A DNA stretch of 64,000 nt from a virus. Lineage: Duplodnaviria; Caudoviricetes. A program made the translations under genes and the position numbers. Positions 60,560 through 64,000 of the stretch are shown here, one piece after another. The DNA lies in IMG/VR virus record IMGVR_UViG_3300048920_000114, positions 7,769-71,768 of that record. The stretch is one strand, 5' to 3'. The notes below the pieces were generated by a model. That model saw only the letters and a list, made by a program, of their open reading frames with translations, was not told the DNA's origin and searched no databases. Every line of letters begins with the position of its first letter. The stretch's first letter is position 1.

Positions 60560-61185
60560 TTAGGTCCCCTGCGGCTTGCGCGGCCTGTTGTGCCAGTCGA
60601 TCATCCTGACCTCGATCATGTCGTGGCAGTCTTCGACCGAGTAAACCGTGTCCAGTTCGTGGAGCGTCGCCATCCCGGAGGACAGCACGTTTCCGATCAG
60701 TCTTGAGACGTTTGGGTAGTCGACGTGGTTTCTTCCATCAGCGCGTCCTGGCGCTTCTTCGCTATCCGGGAGAGCCAGTCGTGAATCGTAAAACCCACGT
60801 GGAGATGGAGGACCTCCAGCCTCAGAACCGCGCGGGTGTCGACCTCCTCGATGTCTTCCTCGACGAGCGGCCTGGTCGTGCCGACCCCGGTGATGAACTC
60901 GACGCAGCCCATCATCTCGTCCATGAGCGGTTCGAGGTCGTCGTACTTGGCGTCGGCCAGCGCGGCGAAGGTGTAGAGCGCGAAGCCGACCATCCCGGCC
61001 TCGGCCACGCCCGGAGGGACCTCCTTGCCGGCGTGGGAGATGGCGAGCCACGCGCGGGTCGCCCACTTCTCCGCCTTCGACGCCGGCATCTCGGTGATGC
61101 GATACTTGCGGCCGAGGTCCCGGCTGTCCTTCCCGCGGGACGTCTTCTCCGCGGTGATCTCGATGTCTAGGCTCTTTCGTCCCAC
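60560..61185 (-). CDS. Tail assembly chaperone pair (G: 60697-61185; G-T via a -1 frameshift to 60560)
   Basis: Slippery G GGT TTT at 60790-60796; the -1 frame is open to YPNVSRLIG...MATLHELDTVYSVED. Confidence 0.8.
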
Positions 61186-61186
61186 G

Positions 61187-61615
61187 TCAGCTCCTGGCCG
61201 GTTCGATCTTCTCCCACGTGACCTCGAACCGTCGGCCCTGCAGGGTGCGCTTGCCGTCCGGCGCGGGCGGATAGCTCGTCAGCACGCCGTTGGTCATCTG
61301 GTACTTCATACCGATGCTCTTTAGCAAGATGACCGCGTTCGCCGAGATGACCTCGCCCGCCGCCTTGCACGCCGCGCGCCACTGGTCGAAGACGAAGTTG
61401 TCGGGCGAGTCCGCCATGAGGTTGTAGTTCTGCTTCGTCGAGACGAAGACGTAGCCGGCCGACTGACGCCCGTCGACGCCCATCTGGACCTCGGCCTCGG
61501 CCAGCGGATCTGTTCCGAAGACGTCGTCCGCGGTGAAGCCCTGCAGCTGCATCGGGGCGGGGAACACCAGCGGGATGTAGAACTGAAGGACTGCGTTCGA
61601 GGAGGTGATGGACAT
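61187..61615 (-). CDS. Tail tube protein (DUF3277-like)
   Basis: LQGFTADD...MGVDG...LMADS; follows the sheath. Confidence 0.85.
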   Translation of the reverse strand: MSITSSNAVLQFYIPLVFPAPMQLQGFTADDVFGTDPLAEAEVQMGVDGRQSAGYVFVSTKQNYNLMADSPDNFVFDQWRAACKAAGEVISANAVILLKSIGMKYQMTNGVLTSYPPAPDGKRTLQGRRFEVTWEKIEPARS

Positions 61616-61625
61616 GGCTTTTCCC

Positions 61626-63359
61626 TTACTGGACCGCGATGCTTTCGAGGTCGATGGACTGGACCGCCTGCCCGTCGACGTACCAGAAGATCATCGGCGG
61701 CGAGCCGCGGTTCTGGCGAACCTCCGGGGTGGCGTCGAGGATCTGAAGGTACCAGCCGCGCGTGCTCAGGGTCGACGCGATGTCGCGGCCGGCCTGCGCG
61801 TTGATGGCGGCGATCTGGTCGGACGACAGCGTGACGCCCGGCTGGAACGCACCGAAGGCGAGGCCCTGGTTGATGACGTCGGACAGCGACGCCTCGATCT
61901 TGGCGTAGCCCGCCGAGGTGTACGGGATGGCGCGCGTGTTCACGAGCAGCTGCACGAGCGCGAGCTGGAGCGCGTTGTTCAGCCAGATCTGGTTGATGTA
62001 GCCGTCGAGCCACTTGTACTCGCCCGAGACCGTGCCGTCGGCGAACCACAGGAAGTCGTCGTTCGCGGTCGCGTAGGCGCCGTAGCAGTTGTAGCCGTTC
62101 GCCAGCAGGTTCTGCAGGGTCGTGATGTCCGACACCGCCGCGACGAGGCCGGCCTGACGCTTGAACTTGAAGGTGATGCGCCCGCCGATCTGCTCGAAGT
62201 CGATCGAGGCGATCGATCCGAGGACGAACGCGGCGTGGTTCATGTCCTCGTTCTCCCAGATCGGACACGTTCCGTTGTAGCCCGCGCTGATCACCTGGTT
62301 GGCGAAGCTGCCCGTCGCCGGGACCTGCGTGGTCGGCGACGCGTCGGTGTCCCAACCGATGTAGGCGTACCGCTTGTTCGTGCCGTTCGCCCAGGCCGCG
62401 AAGGCGAGCTTGTTCGCGAACCCGCTGGCGTCCGGGTTGAAGGTCGTGGTGAAGGCCGCCCAGTTCTGCGTGACGTTCACGACGCCGGCCATGAAGCCTC
62501 CCGGCGTGGCGGCGTCGGCGCCGGGTGAGATGACCGCTCCGGTCGACTGCGTCATCTTCAGAGCGACCGCGACCGAGCCCGAAGCGTAGCCGATGGTGGA
62601 GTCGACTCCGGCCGTTCCGGACGCGACTACGAAGGCGGCCGCCACGGGGTCGAAGGTCACGGCGGGGAAGTCGGTGGTCAGCGGCTCGGACGAGACGGCC
62701 TGGCTGTTGTTCACGGTGTAGGTGCCGGGGCCGCCGACGCCGGTGCCGAGCGCGGTGATGTAGGTGTTCGCCGCGACGCCGGCGCCCTTGACGATGTGGC
62801 CGACCTCGATCTCGCCGTCGGTCACCGCGGTCACGGTCATCACGTTGGCCGAGATAGATCCGGTGAAGGACGCGGCCTGGGAGCCGTCGATCGACAGCGC
62901 GGTGCCGATGATCATGGCGGCGTTCGAGAACGAGGTCGCCGCCGCGAGGTTCGGCGTGCCGGTCTTGTCGACGCCGTCGATCGTGACGTTGAACGGGCCC
63001 GACAGGGCCTGAAGCTGGGACAGCGTCATCGTCGAGATGTTGCCGCCGCGCAGCCACGCCGAGACGTCGTCCTGGTTGTACTGAGCGAACAGGATGGCGC
63101 CCGGCTTCTTGTTCGAGCCCTCGAAGCCCCCGAAGTAGCCGGAGCCCATGTCCGGGCCGCCGCCCGCGAAGATCGCCTCGGGCGAGGTCGGGCCGAAGTA
63201 GGTCTTCACCGCCTGGGCGCTGCCGAGACGGAGGATCGTCCCGACCGGTACGCGGTCGTCGTTCGTCAGGACGAGGCCGTTCAGGTCCAGCGCGGAACCG
63301 CCCGCGCTCAGGACGTTCGGCGTGACGTTGACGACTACGTTGGCCGGGATCGTGCTCAT
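61626..63359 (-). CDS. Tail sheath protein (DUF3383)
   Basis: MSTIPANVVVNVTP...QNWAAF...ASIDF...GRITFKFK...NCYGAYA...WLDGYINQIWL. Confidence 0.9.
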   Translation of the reverse strand: MSTIPANVVVNVTPNVLSAGGSALDLNGLVLTNDDRVPVGTILRLGSAQAVKTYFGPTSPEAIFAGGGPDMGSGYFGGFEGSNKKPGAILFAQYNQDDVSAWLRGGNISTMTLSQLQALSGPFNVTIDGVDKTGTPNLAAATSFSNAAMIIGTALSIDGSQAASFTGSISANVMTVTAVTDGEIEVGHIVKGAGVAANTYITALGTGVGGPGTYTVNNSQAVSSEPLTTDFPAVTFDPVAAAFVVASGTAGVDSTIGYASGSVAVALKMTQSTGAVISPGADAATPGGFMAGVVNVTQNWAAFTTTFNPDASGFANKLAFAAWANGTNKRYAYIGWDTDASPTTQVPATGSFANQVISAGYNGTCPIWENEDMNHAAFVLGSIASIDFEQIGGRITFKFKRQAGLVAAVSDITTLQNLLANGYNCYGAYATANDDFLWFADGTVSGEYKWLDGYINQIWLNNALQLALVQLLVNTRAIPYTSAGYAKIEASLSDVINQGLAFGAFQPGVTLSSDQIAAINAQAGRDIASTLSTRGWYLQILDATPEVRQNRGSPPMIFWYVDGQAVQSIDLESIAVQ

Positions 63360-63369
63360 GTGATTTTCC

Positions 63370-63918
63370 TCATGATGCGGGGAACTCCACCTCGACGCTC
63401 TTTGGTACGATCGTGAGCGTGTCGGCGTATTGCTGCGGGAAGATCACCTTCGGGTCGACCTGCAAGGAGATCTCGACGATCCAGCGGTCCTCGTACTGCT
63501 GCTCGCCGTTGCCGGCGAACGGAAGCTGGCGAGGGTCGCTGGCGTAGAGCGGCGAGATGCCGGGGCTGTTCGTGCTGAAGAAGTCGACCGCCCACTCGTC
63601 CTTGACCATCGTCGTGACGATCTGGACGCCGTCGCCGCCGAGCGGGCCGTGGACGTCGAGCTGGTAGTCGAACTGTGTTTTCTGCGTCACCGTGGTCGTG
63701 GTCGGAAACTGGATGACGCTTTTGTCGAACTCGTCGATGTTCGTGGCGAGGCGCGTTCTGTGAACCGGCGTCATCAGGACGTAGTTCGGCGAGGTCGGCT
63801 CCGGGACCCGGTTGTCCTGCGCCTGCACGACCTCGAACTCGCTCGGCATCACGGCGACGAGGAAGCCTCGCAGCGCAGTGACGACGGTGTCCTCGGTCGG
63901 GGCGACGGTCAGAGGCAT
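63370..63918 (-). CDS. Tail terminator/neck protein
   Basis: VVQAQDNRVPEP...YQLDVHG...PLYASDP...QYEDRW. Confidence 0.75.
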   Translation of the reverse strand: MPLTVAPTEDTVVTALRGFLVAVMPSEFEVVQAQDNRVPEPTSPNYVLMTPVHRTRLATNIDEFDKSVIQFPTTTTVTQKTQFDYQLDVHGPLGGDGVQIVTTMVKDEWAVDFFSTNSPGISPLYASDPRQLPFAGNGEQQYEDRWIVEISLQVDPKVIFPQQYADTLTIVPKSVEVEFPAS

Positions 63919-64000
63919 TGTTCGGGTTTCGATCCTGCTGCGCTCAGGATCGGTAGCAGAACCGGAGACCGAAACGCAATCTTTGCGATGCGCCTCGGAA

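Noticed and set aside
63919-64000. SEAHRK NUMOD3-like fragment suggesting a homing endonuclease upstream
   Set aside because: Only 80 nt are visible and the frame runs into the terminator gene without a stop, so it cannot be supported.

Overview
This window is most of the genome of a GC-rich (about 65% by eye) contractile-tailed phage. Its host is probably an alphaproteobacterium of the Hyphomicrobiales/Bradyrhizobium type, suggested by a DUF3309 peptide, a GapR-like protein, an EcfG-like sigma4 domain and the SSB style. The map is circularly permuted. The minus-strand late operon starts at terS (about 13 kb), runs through terL, portal, MuF and DUF2213 off the left edge, and appears to resume at the right edge with tail terminator, DUF3383 sheath, tube, tail chaperones, tape measure, baseplate, fibres and lysis genes (63.9 kb down to 44.9 kb). 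The capsid and neck genes are not in the window. The middle holds a plus-strand accessory operon (14.3-18.4 kb), a minus-strand replication/methylation operon (18.2-28.7 kb) and a plus-strand early/recombination operon (29.3-44.9 kb). No integrase, DNA polymerase, tRNA or CRISPR array was seen. The most striking signal is a candidate head-cargo system. The DUF1073 portal is extended into a 1255-aa polyprotein carrying a ParB/Srx-like domain and an intact R-S-E ADP-ribosyltransferase, each preceded by an HPR-GKF leader. The DUF2213 putative prohead protease carries an N-terminal Nudix hydrolase, an ORF the supplied track missed. An A-[MLQ]-D motif recurs at the domain boundaries of three head proteins, suggesting proteolytic release of packaged enzymes. 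Other signals are a 19-bp motif shared by four promoter regions, two CGGTGAC repeat clusters flanking the replication block, a deaminase/UDG/C5-methyltransferase convergence, a RuvC with an SSB-type tail and a stand-alone sigma4 protein. All family calls come from motifs recognised by eye; no database search was run.
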